This document shows, piece by piece, positions 28,481 to 38,590 of a stretch of 64,000 nt of DNA. The position numbers were made by a program, and so were the translations under genes. The notes beneath the pieces were generated by a model. The model did not search any database and was not told the origin of the DNA. It saw only the letters and a program-made list of their open reading frames with translations. The stretch comes from a virus. Taxonomy: Duplodnaviria > Caudoviricetes. The number at the start of each line of letters is the position of its first letter. Within the stretch, counting starts at the first letter, position 1. The stretch lies in the IMG/VR virus record IMGVR_UViG_3300035208_002115. The stretch is one strand, 5' to 3'.

Positions 28481-31400
28481 TTAAAAGATATATCCCTCTA
28501 CTAATAAATGCGCTGATAATGGATTTACATTCGTAGATGCCGAGGACACCCTAAAATATACAACACTACCAGATGACTGTGTTACTGCATTTTGAGTTAC
28601 TTCTAACTCATATGTTTCATTCGTTAACACATCGTTAATAACCAATGAAGGTGATAAATTATTATAAGAAGAATTATTATTACCAACACTTATAGTAAAT
28701 GCTGTTGGTGAAGCGTCATTCAATATTATTAATTTAAATCTATTAAACAATACTCTTTTACCTGTTGGAATAGTTAATATAGCAGTATTACCAATAGATT
28801 TTAGATTAATATTTTGAACGAATATAAAATTTTGCAAAGTTGTAAATACATCAAAATCCGTTTTAAATACAGTATGAGTTGGGTAAGCATATTTTTGACC
28901 AATATAAGTTATTCCACTTTCGGTACTAACCCATTCATCAACTACATCTATTTCTTGTACAATGTTATTTGTCGAACCAATCCATGTTTTACCACTTGTT
29001 AATGGTCTATTGTATGATTCTTTAACCCAATAATTACCAGTTTTATTATATCTAAGAAATACATCTTCAAGACTTAAATTAACATTTATAGCAATACTTC
29101 CACTATCGTAGAAATTATCAAAAGTATAGTTAAATGTTCCATCATTTTGTGGTTCGGGTCTATACCACTGGCTATCTGCTAAACCACTTGGAACTGACGA
29201 ATTTTTAGTAATATTACCCAAAAATCCCCCACCAGCACCAGTTAACCCAGAGTTAACCCATTGCGAACCATTATAAACTAAATATTGTCCACCTGACAAA
29301 GATGATAACGTAACATCAGTTAAACTATCAAGATTAGTAGAAATAGATATACCAGAATTAACCCATTGTGAACCATTATAAGTCAATATTTGAGTTGAAG
29401 ACGGTGTTGTTATTGTAACGTCTGATAATCCATCTAAATTCAAGTTTGTTGATAAAACACCACTACCATTAATAGACAATCCAGTGCCAACCATTATAGC
29501 ACCTAATGAAACTGCACTGGCCATCGGTAAGTCACCTGGGCTGATGGTTGTTGAAGCGTTTTTATATGTGATATTAGCCCACTGAACAGTTAAATTAACA
29601 TTTGTCCACGTTGCAGAATTAATATAAATTGTTGTATTTACAGTGTTTGATAATCTCATATTTACCGTAACCGATACTGTTTCACCAGAGGTCACTGAAA
29701 TAGTTTTATATGGTGTTATTTCATTTCCAGTCACAGTTGTACCTAAATTAACTTCGGCTGTTGTAGTACCAGTATTAGTGATATATACCATACCAAGTGT
29801 CTGTCCTGATACTAATATACCTAAATCTCTGTTTGAAGTGACACCAGTGTAAGAATATAGGTTAGCTAATGTAGAATTTGTAATATAATTGTTATCAATA
29901 ATAAATTGGCCATTACCGTTTATTAAAATACCATCCGAACCCGTAATATAAGACGCAGAATTAAAAATGTGTGTGTGCGAATTAGTTGACACAGAATTTG
30001 TAGAACCAGTATTTATATCAGATGGTGTACCAAGAGTTACTGAACCAGATGATGTAATAGTTGAAAAATTCATACCATTACCTGCTGAAATAGAAGTCAC
30101 TGAACCAGTAGACGCAGTACCATATGTTATTTGACCTGTTGATGTGTTATAAAATAAAACATTTGATTGGCTCGATGATGGTAATCCAGATATGTAAGTA
30201 TTACCTGTAACAGCCAACGAACCATTCACATTTAAACGTGAATTAACAAAAGTCAAATTAGAGCTTGTGTATATTTGTTTTGTATCGTTATTCCAAAATG
30301 TGATACCACTTGAAATAGGTGAGTCTTCTCTTGTAGCAACAGCTTGTAACGAACCTATTTCACCAACCCTGAATGTATCATAAGTTTCATTGAATATAAA
30401 TTGGTAATTTGTTAATGAACCTCTTTCAACTTCGATACCAGCTATAATCGAAGTGACACCAGAGCCAGTTTCACCGCTATTTATCAAAATCAAATTATCA
30501 GAAACCTGCATATTTTGGGTGTTAATAGTAACAGTAGTACCAGAAACATATAAATTACCCAGAATATTTAGATTACCATTTAATAACATTTGACTCCCGT
30601 CAAAAGTTAAATTAGATTCAGCAACCATCCCTTTTTGTGTACCATCAGATGTTAGTAACCTATCATCACCATAATTTGAAATGACCGTTCCACCAGAAGC
30701 ACTAACTAAACTGTCAATATAATATTTATTTACAATATCATTAGTATTAGTGAATGACAACCCAGTAGCTGAATACCTCATAATATCACCGATAGATATT
30801 TTAGCACCAGAATCAACAGTTGTGTAAATATAAACTGAACCTAATTGTTTATCCTCTATGTATGTAGCACCTGGTATAGAATCCACGTATGAACCACTGT
30901 TTATTTTAACATTACCAGCTATTACCCCACCCACTCGTGATAGTCCACCTTCAAGTATTAAATCACCGCCTGAATTATCGCTCACACCACCTGATATAAT
31001 TGTAGTACCACCTGATAAAACACCATCACCAGCTCTGAATACAGCAGCACCACCAATACTATTACCGCCACCAGCAATAATATTAATCCATCCCCCATCA
31101 CCAGTTGTATTCTCAGCTCTCATCATAATACTATCACCATGATTAGCTGTCCTTGGCGTGTCATCCCCAAATAATGATATAAATGGGCCAATTAATAATG
31201 CTCCATAATTTTCAACATCAAAATTATAATATGATTGCAATGCTTGTATACTTCTACTATCTGGTGTATCATAAAATTTTATTTTACTTGAACCACTTAA
31301 ACTAACAATAGAATTATTAAATGATAACGTATTTGTAGTTGAATTAAATGTCATACCAGTGTTGGCATTTATGCCATTTGCCGTACCATCAGATGTTAAT

Positions 31401-33175
31401 ATTCTATTAAGTCCATAATTTGTTATAGGAGTACCACCGCTAACAACCGATATAGCTGTGCTTAAAGATGTATCAGCAGAACTTCTTGTAGAAATTTCAG
31501 ATGAAATAGCAGATGATAGTGAGGTGTCTGCACTTTCTCTTATTGATATCTCTGACGAAATAGCTGTCGATAGTGAAGTATTAGCAGATGTCATACCAGA
31601 AGTATACCCAGTCACAAAACCTTTATCCACTAAAGACCTATTTGTATAATTGTTTGAAAAATCAGTAATATATGTTAAACCTGAGAAACCAGTAACACCA
31701 CTTACAGTAATGTCTGATGTGTTTGACAATATAGTATTACTATTATAACCATTTATATAAATGCTTATGTTTTTTGCTGAATCAAACAAACCATTTGATA
31801 ATATTGCTGATGCTACATAGGTAGTAGGCACACCAGTTATAGACTGAACTAATACTTTATAGTTTCCATATAATGTTTCAGTGCCGACACCCAAAAATGT
31901 AGTTACATTATTTAAATAAATAACAGAAGACGGGGTGAATGTAACGTAACTATTATTTCTAATAGTGATAGCTGTTGTACAGTTATCAAAAACAACAGAA
32001 CTATTTGCTTGGTTAAATTCGAAATTACCTTGAAAACATTCGATACCAGTTGCCCAATTGTACAAATATAAACCAAATGCTGATGTGGGTGGTATATAAA
32101 AACCTTGTGCTGATAAAGACATTGCGATACCAGTTTTAGTACCACTCTTTCTTATCGTTGTATTCCTAAATTGAACTTTAGTATTAGCAGGTGTAAAAGA
32201 TGATGATGACAATACAAAAGCACAGTTTGTGAAATTATTCCTATAACTTGATTGTACAATACTACCTTGTGTAGCAGTAATTTTAGAATTTTGAAAATCT
32301 AATATACCATTATTAATAAATCTAATAGCACCAGAAGGGTTAGTAATATCAATATTGTTGAATATTAAATTCTGGACATATGGAGATGCTATATTTAATG
32401 TAAAATTACCATTCGCAATATTAAACGTTGTAGTATTATGAATTATAGATGTACATGAAGTCGCACCGACAACTGAATTAATCGTAGTAGCACTATTATA
32501 TGCAATTGGAAAAGCTGTTGTCCCATTATACATGAAATAATCTTGGTATTGGTTCACAGTGAACGTTGAACCAGTCACGTTATAAATATAAGGGGTTGAA
32601 CTGGCTGTTATCGTTAATCCTGAAACATCAGTCACATATTTACCACTGACAGTTATACCAGCATTTCGACCCAAATACATTCTTTTCGTGTATTTATCGG
32701 TTTCTATCATATCAACTGTATATGTTCCAGCAGCTACATCAATAGTAATAGTTACACCAGAATTTATTATCGGTCTAATAGATTTGATAGCTTTCAAATA
32801 AGTAGCATATGTATTACCAGATGAACCATCACCAGTTGTATCAGAACCTGCGGTTGAAATATAAATAGTTCTTGAAACTGTTTCTTCGGCTGTTAACCCA
32901 GAAACAATTGTTTCTAAAGAGGAATCCCCCGAAATTCTATTTGAAATTTCTGAGGATATTGCAGTTGATAATGATGTATCAGCAGAACCTCTTGTTGATA
33001 TTTCAGTTGAAATTGCTGTTGATAATGATGTGACTCCAGTTGTTGAACCAGTTAATAAACTATCAACATATATTTTAGTAGCAGCATCACCCGAATTAAT
33101 AGGGGTAGTTAAACTCAAATGTGCTTGCAATATTGTACTATCCTTTATTTGTTTACCATGAAGCTTTTTAGCCAT
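28481..33175 (-). CDS. Large (1564 aa) mosaic tail fibre/spike protein
   Basis: AATKIYVD, SLST repeats, IYIS..GSD.TGDGS..N.YAT beta-helix entry, DNLILIN...AGIEVERG, LxxLxDVT...YNGSQWVN x2. Confidence 0.85.
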   Translation of the reverse strand: MAKKLHGKQIKDSTILQAHLSLTTPINSGDAATKIYVDSLLTGSTTGVTSLSTAISTEISTRGSADTSLSTAISSEISNRISGDSSLETIVSGLTAEETVSRTIYISTAGSDTTGDGSSGNTYATYLKAIKSIRPIINSGVTITIDVAAGTYTVDMIETDKYTKRMYLGRNAGITVSGKYVTDVSGLTITASSTPYIYNVTGSTFTVNQYQDYFMYNGTTAFPIAYNSATTINSVVGATSCTSIIHNTTTFNIANGNFTLNIASPYVQNLIFNNIDITNPSGAIRFINNGILDFQNSKITATQGSIVQSSYRNNFTNCAFVLSSSSFTPANTKVQFRNTTIRKSGTKTGIAMSLSAQGFYIPPTSAFGLYLYNWATGIECFQGNFEFNQANSSVVFDNCTTAITIRNNSYVTFTPSSVIYLNNVTTFLGVGTETLYGNYKVLVQSITGVPTTYVASAILSNGLFDSAKNISIYINGYNSNTILSNTSDITVSGVTGFSGLTYITDFSNNYTNRSLVDKGFVTGYTSGMTSANTSLSTAISSEISIRESADTSLSSAISSEISTRSSADTSLSTAISVVSGGTPITNYGLNRILTSDGTANGINANTGMTFNSTTNTLSFNNSIVSLSGSSKIKFYDTPDSRSIQALQSYYNFDVENYGALLIGPFISLFGDDTPRTANHGDSIMMRAENTTGDGGWINIIAGGGNSIGGAAVFRAGDGVLSGGTTIISGGVSDNSGGDLILEGGLSRVGGVIAGNVKINSGSYVDSIPGATYIEDKQLGSVYIYTTVDSGAKISIGDIMRYSATGLSFTNTNDIVNKYYIDSLVSASGGTVISNYGDDRLLTSDGTQKGMVAESNLTFDGSQMLLNGNLNILGNLYVSGTTVTINTQNMQVSDNLILINSGETGSGVTSIIAGIEVERGSLTNYQFIFNETYDTFRVGEIGSLQAVATREDSPISSGITFWNNDTKQIYTSSNLTFVNSRLNVNGSLAVTGNTYISGLPSSSQSNVLFYNTSTGQITYGTASTGSVTSISAGNGMNFSTITSSGSVTLGTPSDINTGSTNSVSTNSHTHIFNSASYITGSDGILINGNGQFIIDNNYITNSTLANLYSYTGVTSNRDLGILVSGQTLGMVYITNTGTTTAEVNLGTTVTGNEITPYKTISVTSGETVSVTVNMRLSNTVNTTIYINSATWTNVNLTVQWANITYKNASTTISPGDLPMASAVSLGAIMVGTGLSINGSGVLSTNLNLDGLSDVTITTPSSTQILTYNGSQWVNSGISISTNLDSLTDVTLSSLSGGQYLVYNGSQWVNSGLTGAGGGFLGNITKNSSVPSGLADSQWYRPEPQNDGTFNYTFDNFYDSGSIAINVNLSLEDVFLRYNKTGNYWVKESYNRPLTSGKTWIGSTNNIVQEIDVVDEWVSTESGITYIGQKYAYPTHTVFKTDFDVFTTLQNFIFVQNINLKSIGNTAILTIPTGKRVLFNRFKLIILNDASPTAFTISVGNNNSSYNNLSPSLVINDVLTNETYELEVTQNAVTQSSGSVVYFRVSSASTNVNPLSAHLLVEGYIF

Positions 33176-33202
33176 TTTTAAAGATTACTTTTTTACCATT
33201 TG

Positions 33203-33212
33203 TATATATTAA
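33203..33212 (-). promoter_or_regulatory. TTAATATATA putative late promoter
   Basis: 27 nt upstream of 33175. Confidence 0.55.
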
Positions 33213-33354
33213 ATTATTTATCTTAAATATGAATCTTAACTAAATAAAAATATTTAGTATATATATTTAAAATATAATCCTAATATACCATTAAATAAAA
33301 AGAGATGTAAGAATGGATTTATAATTGAAAAATATTATAAGTTGAGTAAATTAT

Positions 33355-33552
33355 TTATGTGAGGGTTTTCTTAACAGAATTGTATATAAATTTTTCCACT
33401 TTAATCATCCATCTTTTAAATCGATTTATATGGTAAATAGTGGTAACCCCATTTTTATCATAAATGATAGTAGATTCTATAATTATTTTATATGGAGCTA
33501 ATATATATCCATCTTTAAAATTTTTAAATTCATTAGGATTAAACGATTTCAT
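33355..33552 (-). CDS. Hypothetical protein
   Basis: 65-aa ORF coupled (TAATG) to upstream gene. Confidence 0.5.
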   Translation of the reverse strand: MKSFNPNEFKNFKDGYILAPYKIIIESTIIYDKNGVTTIYHINRFKRWMIKVEKFIYNSVKKTLT

Positions 33553-34202
33553 TACTTAGCTTCTTTTCTAAATTTTAACATTTGGACTCTTATTCTTTCA
33601 ATCATAATTTTCTTTAGACTTTCATTTTGGGTGTGATACCAAATCCAACTGTTTGTATATTCAATACTATTTAAATGTAAAGATAAATTATTTATTTCTC
33701 TATTTATATATTCAGTATAATTTTCTACAACATCAATTTCTAATCCTAATTTATACCCTATCAAGAGTATAGCTGCTATATTATTTTTATTAGCAGCCGT
33801 TGTTGCTTCAAGATACATTTTTAATTTTTCAGTTTTCAGTGAATCACTATCTTCTAATTTATCTGGGTGTGTTAATGTAGTAATCTTTCTATACAATTTT
33901 TTGATATCTGGTGGTAATTCAATTTTATTTTTAACTGATTCGAGAACTTCATTAACTACTTCTTCCTTTGACTGTTCGGACGAATCGGAATTAACTTCTT
34001 CATTTATTTTATTTTCTTCAACTGGTATATTTTCTTCCACTATTGGTTCATCTTCAATTATTGGTTCATCATTTACTGTAATTTCCTTCATGAATAAATC
34101 ATTAACATATTCTAACTTTTCATTTTTAAATTCCATTTCTTTTTTAATAGAATCTAATTTATGAATCAACATCTTAACTTCTAATGATTGAATATTAGCC
34201 AT
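33552..34202 (-). CDS. Protein with internal J-domain-like segment
   Basis: IKKLYRKITTLTHPDKL; likely start ATG 34202 (track uses TTG 34217). Confidence 0.7.
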   Translation of the reverse strand: MANIQSLEVKMLIHKLDSIKKEMEFKNEKLEYVNDLFMKEITVNDEPIIEDEPIVEENIPVEENKINEEVNSDSSEQSKEEVVNEVLESVKNKIELPPDIKKLYRKITTLTHPDKLEDSDSLKTEKLKMYLEATTAANKNNIAAILLIGYKLGLEIDVVENYTEYINREINNLSLHLNSIEYTNSWIWYHTQNESLKKIMIERIRVQMLKFRKEAK

Positions 34203-34231
34203 CTTTATAAAATACAATTTGTTTTTATATA

Positions 34232-34264
34232 TAAAAAAGGAAAGGTTACATATAATGTAACCTT
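34232..34264 (-). terminator. Putative intrinsic terminator
   Basis: AAGGTTACAT-ata-ATGTAACCTT hairpin (34242-34264) followed by T-rich tract on the minus strand. Confidence 0.55.
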
Positions 34265-34302
34265 AAATATTTGTGCATCCATCCGTCATTTAAATGTACT
34301 AT

Positions 34303-34749
34303 TTAATACAAACCTAACGTTTTAATTTTCATCAATCTAATTTGACGCTTGAATTCTGGGTTATTAACATCTATATCATCACCGTATAATTTAAAATTCT
34401 TTTTAAAAGTTTTAAATTTAACATACTGCTCACTCGAAGAACGGAAATTAATAAGTGTCATTTTATTTTCACTTTCATTATAATAATAATAAGAAACTAA
34501 TGCATATTTTTCTTTATTTTCTTTTACAACTTCCCTGTTTCTCCGAGGGTCAAAGTAACTAACAGAGTTGAAATCTAATGGTGTATCTATATCCCTTAAA
34601 TAACAAAAAATCAAACCATATTTTTTTCTTATACTATTAGCATAACCTATCATAGAGCCAGTGTATGTATAATATAAACCACTTTGTACACCGTTTACTT
34701 TACTATTATTCGAATATGTATATATGAACGAACTATCTGTCGAGTACAT
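34303..34749 (-). CDS. Hypothetical protein with C-terminal tag (QIRLMKIKTLGLY)
   Basis: ORF and C-terminal motif. Confidence 0.7.
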   Translation of the reverse strand: MYSTDSSFIYTYSNNSKVNGVQSGLYYTYTGSMIGYANSIRKKYGLIFCYLRDIDTPLDFNSVSYFDPRRNREVVKENKEKYALVSYYYYNESENKMTLINFRSSSEQYVKFKTFKKNFKLYGDDIDVNNPEFKRQIRLMKIKTLGLY

Positions 34750-35566
34750 TGTAGTCTTTTAATTCTTTTAGTTGTTCCAATAAATCTGGAATTTTAAAAT
34801 AACTAACCTCATCGTAAACTGAGGTTAAATCTCTGTAACAATTATCAGTAGTTTCCTTTGGATTTACAGTGATTTTAAGCTTGTAAACATCTGAAATCAT
34901 ATTCACCAACTCACTTTTATTAACGGTTCTTGGTGAATATATATGTCTTACACCACACCAATACAAATTATCATATATAATCTGTTTTATTATCTTAGAC
35001 AATTGGAGACAAGTAACGCCATTCCATTTATGATTTGTAAAACCGAAAACCGATTTCCCTTTATTAGATTTCACCCATTCCAATAACGACCTTTTATTAT
35101 GTAATTCTTCACCTATAATAGAAGTTCTTATAACAGATGCTTCAACTGGTTCGCCAAGAGATTTAGATTTACCATATAAATCATCTGCATTATGTTTTGA
35201 TTTCTCATCATAAGAACCTGTAAGACCATCATAAACACAATCAGTACTAATGTGTATAAAATATGCTTCGTGTAGTTTACAAAGTTGAGCCAGATAATGA
35301 GGAAATAATGAATTAACCATTATAAAATCGGTATCAGGACTGTCATTCCTTTGTTTAATCATACCAGCACAATTAACTATCACATCATTTTTAGATAAAC
35401 CAAGAAATAAAAATTTTCTTCTTAAATCTTCATAAGATAGTTTCGTTATATCCATTTCCACCCGTGTTATAGGTGAAACTTTATAATCCGTGAGAGATTC
35501 TTTCAAATAAGTATAGACATATTTACCTAACATGCCATTACTACCAAAAACGAACACTTTATTCAT
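34733..35566 (-). CDS. RmlD-like NDP-4-keto-6-deoxysugar reductase
   Basis: GSNGMLG, HISTDCVY, YGKSKSLGE, IRTSIIG. Confidence 0.88.
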   Translation of the reverse strand: MNKVFVFGSNGMLGKYVYTYLKESLTDYKVSPITRVEMDITKLSYEDLRRKFLFLGLSKNDVIVNCAGMIKQRNDSPDTDFIMVNSLFPHYLAQLCKLHEAYFIHISTDCVYDGLTGSYDEKSKHNADDLYGKSKSLGEPVEASVIRTSIIGEELHNKRSLLEWVKSNKGKSVFGFTNHKWNGVTCLQLSKIIKQIIYDNLYWCGVRHIYSPRTVNKSELVNMISDVYKLKITVNPKETTDNCYRDLTSVYDEVSYFKIPDLLEQLKELKDYNVLDR

Positions 35567-35592
35567 GTATAATAATTATTTTTTAATCACCA

Positions 35593-36615
35593 TTAACGAT
35601 GTGTCAAGAACCCACCCAAAGCCAAAAATTCTTTTAATACGTCTTTCCCTTTTAAATTATCTTGTGAAGTGAATTCTTTAAAATTTACTTTTTTAATATT
35701 TTTAAATTTGTAATAATTTTCAATAGCTTCCTGAGTATCAATTTTTATAGTGGGTAAAATAGAGTAATAATCTTCATCAAATTTGTAGGTATTTGGTGAT
35801 TCATGTTCAGATACTAACATTTCATGTAATTTTTCACCTTCTCTTATTCCAATTTCTTCTATCTCAGTGGTATCATTTCCATAATAATCAATTAATACTT
35901 CTGCTAAATCTTGAATATAAAATGATGGCATATTCATAACGAATGTTTCACCCCCATGAGAAAATTCAGATGCTTTAAATAGAAGATGTATGGCTTCAGA
36001 TAGTGTAAGAAAATATCTGGTCATCCGACTATCAGTGATAGTAACCTTATTGAATTTTTTAATTTGGTCAATAAAAAATGGAACGACTGAACCATTTGAA
36101 CCAAGGACATTACCACCTCGGACACATACAAATTTGGTGTTAGAATTTAAATTGTTGGCCTGAATGATAAGTTTTTCACCGACAGCCTTGGTCATACCAT
36201 ATAGATTACATGGATTAACAGCTTTATCGGTAGATACATCAATAACTTTCTCAATCCCGTTCTCAATGGCAGCATTTATTAAATTCGTAGTGCCATCTAT
36301 ATTTGTTTTTATAGCTTCTTGTGGTTGATTCTCACAAACAGGTACATGTTTTAATGCTGCCAGATGATACACATAATCAACATTTTTTAAAGTTCTCCTT
36401 AACGTTTCATAATCCCTGACATCACCAATAACAAATTTTAATTTTGGATTACGAAATTTACGTTCCATATTTACTTGTGCGAGTTCACCTCTGGAATATA
36501 TAATAATTTCTTTAGGGTCTTTTTCTAATAATTGTTTTGTTAATTCATTCCCCCAGCTTCCCGAACCCCCAGTGATAAGGACTCTTTTATCTTTAAATAA
36601 TTCTTCATTAACCAT
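35593..36615 (-). CDS. UDP-GlcNAc 4,6-dehydratase (FnlA/WbjB/PseB-like, Polysacc_synt_2)
   Basis: TGGSGSWG, GDVRD, AALKHVP, STDKAV, YGMTKA, GNVLGS.GSV, GEKLHE. Confidence 0.9.
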   Translation of the reverse strand: MVNEELFKDKRVLITGGSGSWGNELTKQLLEKDPKEIIIYSRGELAQVNMERKFRNPKLKFVIGDVRDYETLRRTLKNVDYVYHLAALKHVPVCENQPQEAIKTNIDGTTNLINAAIENGIEKVIDVSTDKAVNPCNLYGMTKAVGEKLIIQANNLNSNTKFVCVRGGNVLGSNGSVVPFFIDQIKKFNKVTITDSRMTRYFLTLSEAIHLLFKASEFSHGGETFVMNMPSFYIQDLAEVLIDYYGNDTTEIEEIGIREGEKLHEMLVSEHESPNTYKFDEDYYSILPTIKIDTQEAIENYYKFKNIKKVNFKEFTSQDNLKGKDVLKEFLALGGFLTHR

Positions 36616-36636
36616 TTCATATTATTATTTTTTATG

Positions 36637-36987
36637 TTATTTAGTTATTTCATCACCAAATATTTCATCTAATTTTAATTTTCTCAACCCTTTTATATCA
36701 AGTTCTTCTATTTTAGAATTTATTTCACATATTAATTCTGGTTGATTATTATATACCCCCAGTTTTTTAAGTGTTTCATTTATGGAATTAATTTTACTTA
36801 CTAATCCATTATTAAAATCTTGTTTATTCAATTTTTTAAATATATCATTGAATTCTTTTTGAAGTTTCATGAGAGGACTTTCATTAATTTCTTTTTGAAG
36901 TTTCATGAGAGGACTTTCATTAAAAATGTTGTTTAATTTGCTATAAATTTCATTTATATTTATAACACTTAAATCTTTTTTATTCAT
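36637..36987 (-). CDS. Hypothetical protein with C-terminal tag (LRKLKLDEIFG)
   Basis: ORF; internal 12-aa duplication. Confidence 0.7.
   Translation of the reverse strand: MNKKDLSVININEIYSKLNNIFNESPLMKLQKEINESPLMKLQKEFNDIFKKLNKQDFNNGLVSKINSINETLKKLGVYNNQPELICEINSKIEELDIKGLRKLKLDEIFGDEITK
36853..36923. repeat. Exact 35-nt direct repeat, 36-nt period (NESPLMKLQKE x2)
   Basis: Copies at 36853-36887 and 36889-36923. Confidence 0.9.
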
Positions 36988-36997
36988 TTTTATTTAA

Positions 36998-37150
36998 TTA
37001 TTTTTCAATCTCTTTAGAGAATTTATCTAAACATCTTTTACAAATAACTATTACACATTTATTCATCCAATCAATATGAGCGCAATGTTCTTTTTTATCA
37101 CAAAAATCACATTCATATTTATCACTATCAACAAATAATAATTCATTCAT
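36998..37150 (-). CDS. 50-aa Zn-finger protein (CDFC...CKRC)
   Basis: Manual translation MNELLFVDSDKYECDFC...; promoter motif just upstream. Confidence 0.65.
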   Translation of the reverse strand: MNELLFVDSDKYECDFCDKKEHCAHIDWMNKCVIVICKRCLDKFSKEIEK

Positions 37151-37156
37151 ATTCTA

Positions 37157-37182
37157 TATAGTTATTTTAATAAGTTCTGTTT
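37157..37182 (-). promoter_or_regulatory. AAAC-N18-TATA putative promoter
   Basis: Conserved spacing; upstream of 37150. Confidence 0.55.
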
Positions 37183-37390
37183 AAAAAATTTTGAGACTTT
37201 TTATTTTTTCAGCCCGTTCTATACTATTAATTTTTCTTTTAATGTAAAATATAATTTCTTGGTCATTCATATCATAACCCACACCATATACATTAATTTT
37301 AGAACCTGATTGTATATAATACTCAAAAAAATTCAAATGCTTTTTCAATTCTTCCTTATCATTACAATTTATAAAATCAAAATCATTCAT
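37181..37390 (-). CDS. Small protein with C-terminal tag (IERAEKIKSL)
   Basis: ORF; resembles neighbour 37387-37620. Confidence 0.7.
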   Translation of the reverse strand: MNDFDFINCNDKEELKKHLNFFEYYIQSGSKINVYGVGYDMNDQEIIFYIKRKINSIERAEKIKSLKIF

Positions 37391-37620
37391 AAATTCTCAT
37401 TTTCAAATATATTTTTTAATTTCTTTTTTCGTTCCAATCTCAATATTTTAATTTTAATATACCTAATACATTCTCCACAATCTAAAGTAATGTTATCTGA
37501 AACTGCGAAACTATCCACATTAATCCGTTTCATCATTTCGTATAAATTAAGTTGCTTTTTTAATAATTCAACGTTATCAGTTTCAAAAAAATTTAAATCT
37601 ATATTATCATCTACATACAT
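37387..37620 (-). CDS. Small protein with C-terminal tag (LERKKKLKNIF)
   Basis: ORF and motif. Confidence 0.7.
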   Translation of the reverse strand: MYVDDNIDLNFFETDNVELLKKQLNLYEMMKRINVDSFAVSDNITLDCGECIRYIKIKILRLERKKKLKNIFENENL

Positions 37621-37803
37621 TTAATCTAAAAAAATTTTTTCTATTTTTCTTTTTCTAATTTCATTTAATTGTTTAGATTCATTTTCTAATTGCAGAATAC
37701 GTTCTTCTAATTCGGCAATTTTAGCTCTTAAATTCTCAACATATTCAATAGAATTTGGTTTAGTGTACTGATTTGTATAATCAGATGAATATTCTTCGTT
37801 CAT
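37621..37803 (-). CDS. Small coiled-coil protein with C-terminal tag (IRKRKIEKIF)
   Basis: ORF and motif. Confidence 0.7.
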   Translation of the reverse strand: MNEEYSSDYTNQYTKPNSIEYVENLRAKIAELEERILQLENESKQLNEIRKRKIEKIFLD

Positions 37804-37805
37804 AT

Positions 37806-38057
37806 TTAGTCTTCTGTAAATATTTGTTCTATTTTATCTTTTCTAACTTTAGAAATTGCAGGGTTTTCGAGTAAATTTATTCTTTCTTTTAATAAAGCAA
37901 CTTGACCCATTAAATATTTAAGCTCAGTTTCTAATTGTGAAACGTATTCATAATTAGTATAAGTAGTATTAGAATCACGAACGTAAACACCCGGGCTGAT
38001 AAACAATTTACCATTCTCTCCATCGAGGTGATTAATAATTAAATTTGAAGACTCCAT
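37806..38057 (-). CDS. Small coiled-coil protein with C-terminal tag (VRKDKIEQIF)
   Basis: Likely start ATG 38057 (MESSN) within ORF 37806-38117. Confidence 0.65.
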   Translation of the reverse strand: MESSNLIINHLDGENGKLFISPGVYVRDSNTTYTNYEYVSQLETELKYLMGQVALLKERINLLENPAISKVRKDKIEQIFTED

Positions 38058-38073
38058 AAATAATATTTTTATT

Positions 38074-38589
38074 TTAATTTTTCTTATGAAAAATTCCATT
38101 CTCATCTGGTTGTTCACTCCAGTTTCTTTTATCCACTTTGTCTAATTTATTTAAAGCAAAATGTAATAGTTTGTTAAATGAAACATCATCACCATAACGA
38201 ACTCGGAAAGCGTCTAAAAGAAGAAGTACACAATCTGCCCATTCTTCTTCTTCATTGTCTTTTCCAATGGCTTCTGATAATTCTTGAACTTCCAATTTTA
38301 AATGATTAAGCATTCCAGACGGGTCAGTCCGTTTAAAATGTTTTTCAGAAACTCTTATAATTTCTTCTTTTAAATAATCTAACATGTTTGTATTATATTT
38401 TTTTTCAAACCCAAAAATTTCTTCCAGTTTAGCTTTTCTTAATTTTGAAGGAGATTCTAATAATTCGATTCGTTTTTCTAAATCATCTATGGCATCTTGT
38501 AAATTATTTTTAATATGAGTAATACCATTACCAGCATTTACACTACCACAATTTGCATTAACTAAAACTTTACTAATTAATTTCCCCAT
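38074..38589 (-). CDS. Tag-bearing N-terminal module fused to a DUF550/MazG-like dNTP pyrophosphohydrolase
   Basis: LRKAKLEEIFG then HLKLEVQEL...EEWADCVLLLLDA...KRNW. Confidence 0.7.
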   Translation of the reverse strand: MGKLISKVLVNANCGSVNAGNGITHIKNNLQDAIDDLEKRIELLESPSKLRKAKLEEIFGFEKKYNTNMLDYLKEEIIRVSEKHFKRTDPSGMLNHLKLEVQELSEAIGKDNEEEEWADCVLLLLDAFRVRYGDDVSFNKLLHFALNKLDKVDKRNWSEQPDENGIFHKKN

Positions 38590-38590
38590 A

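Noticed and set aside
33176-33354. Longest AT-rich intergenic gap as a possible origin or ncRNA
   Set aside because: No iterons, stable hairpin or tRNA-like fold visible; only the promoter motif. No tRNA or rRNA genes were recognised anywhere in the window
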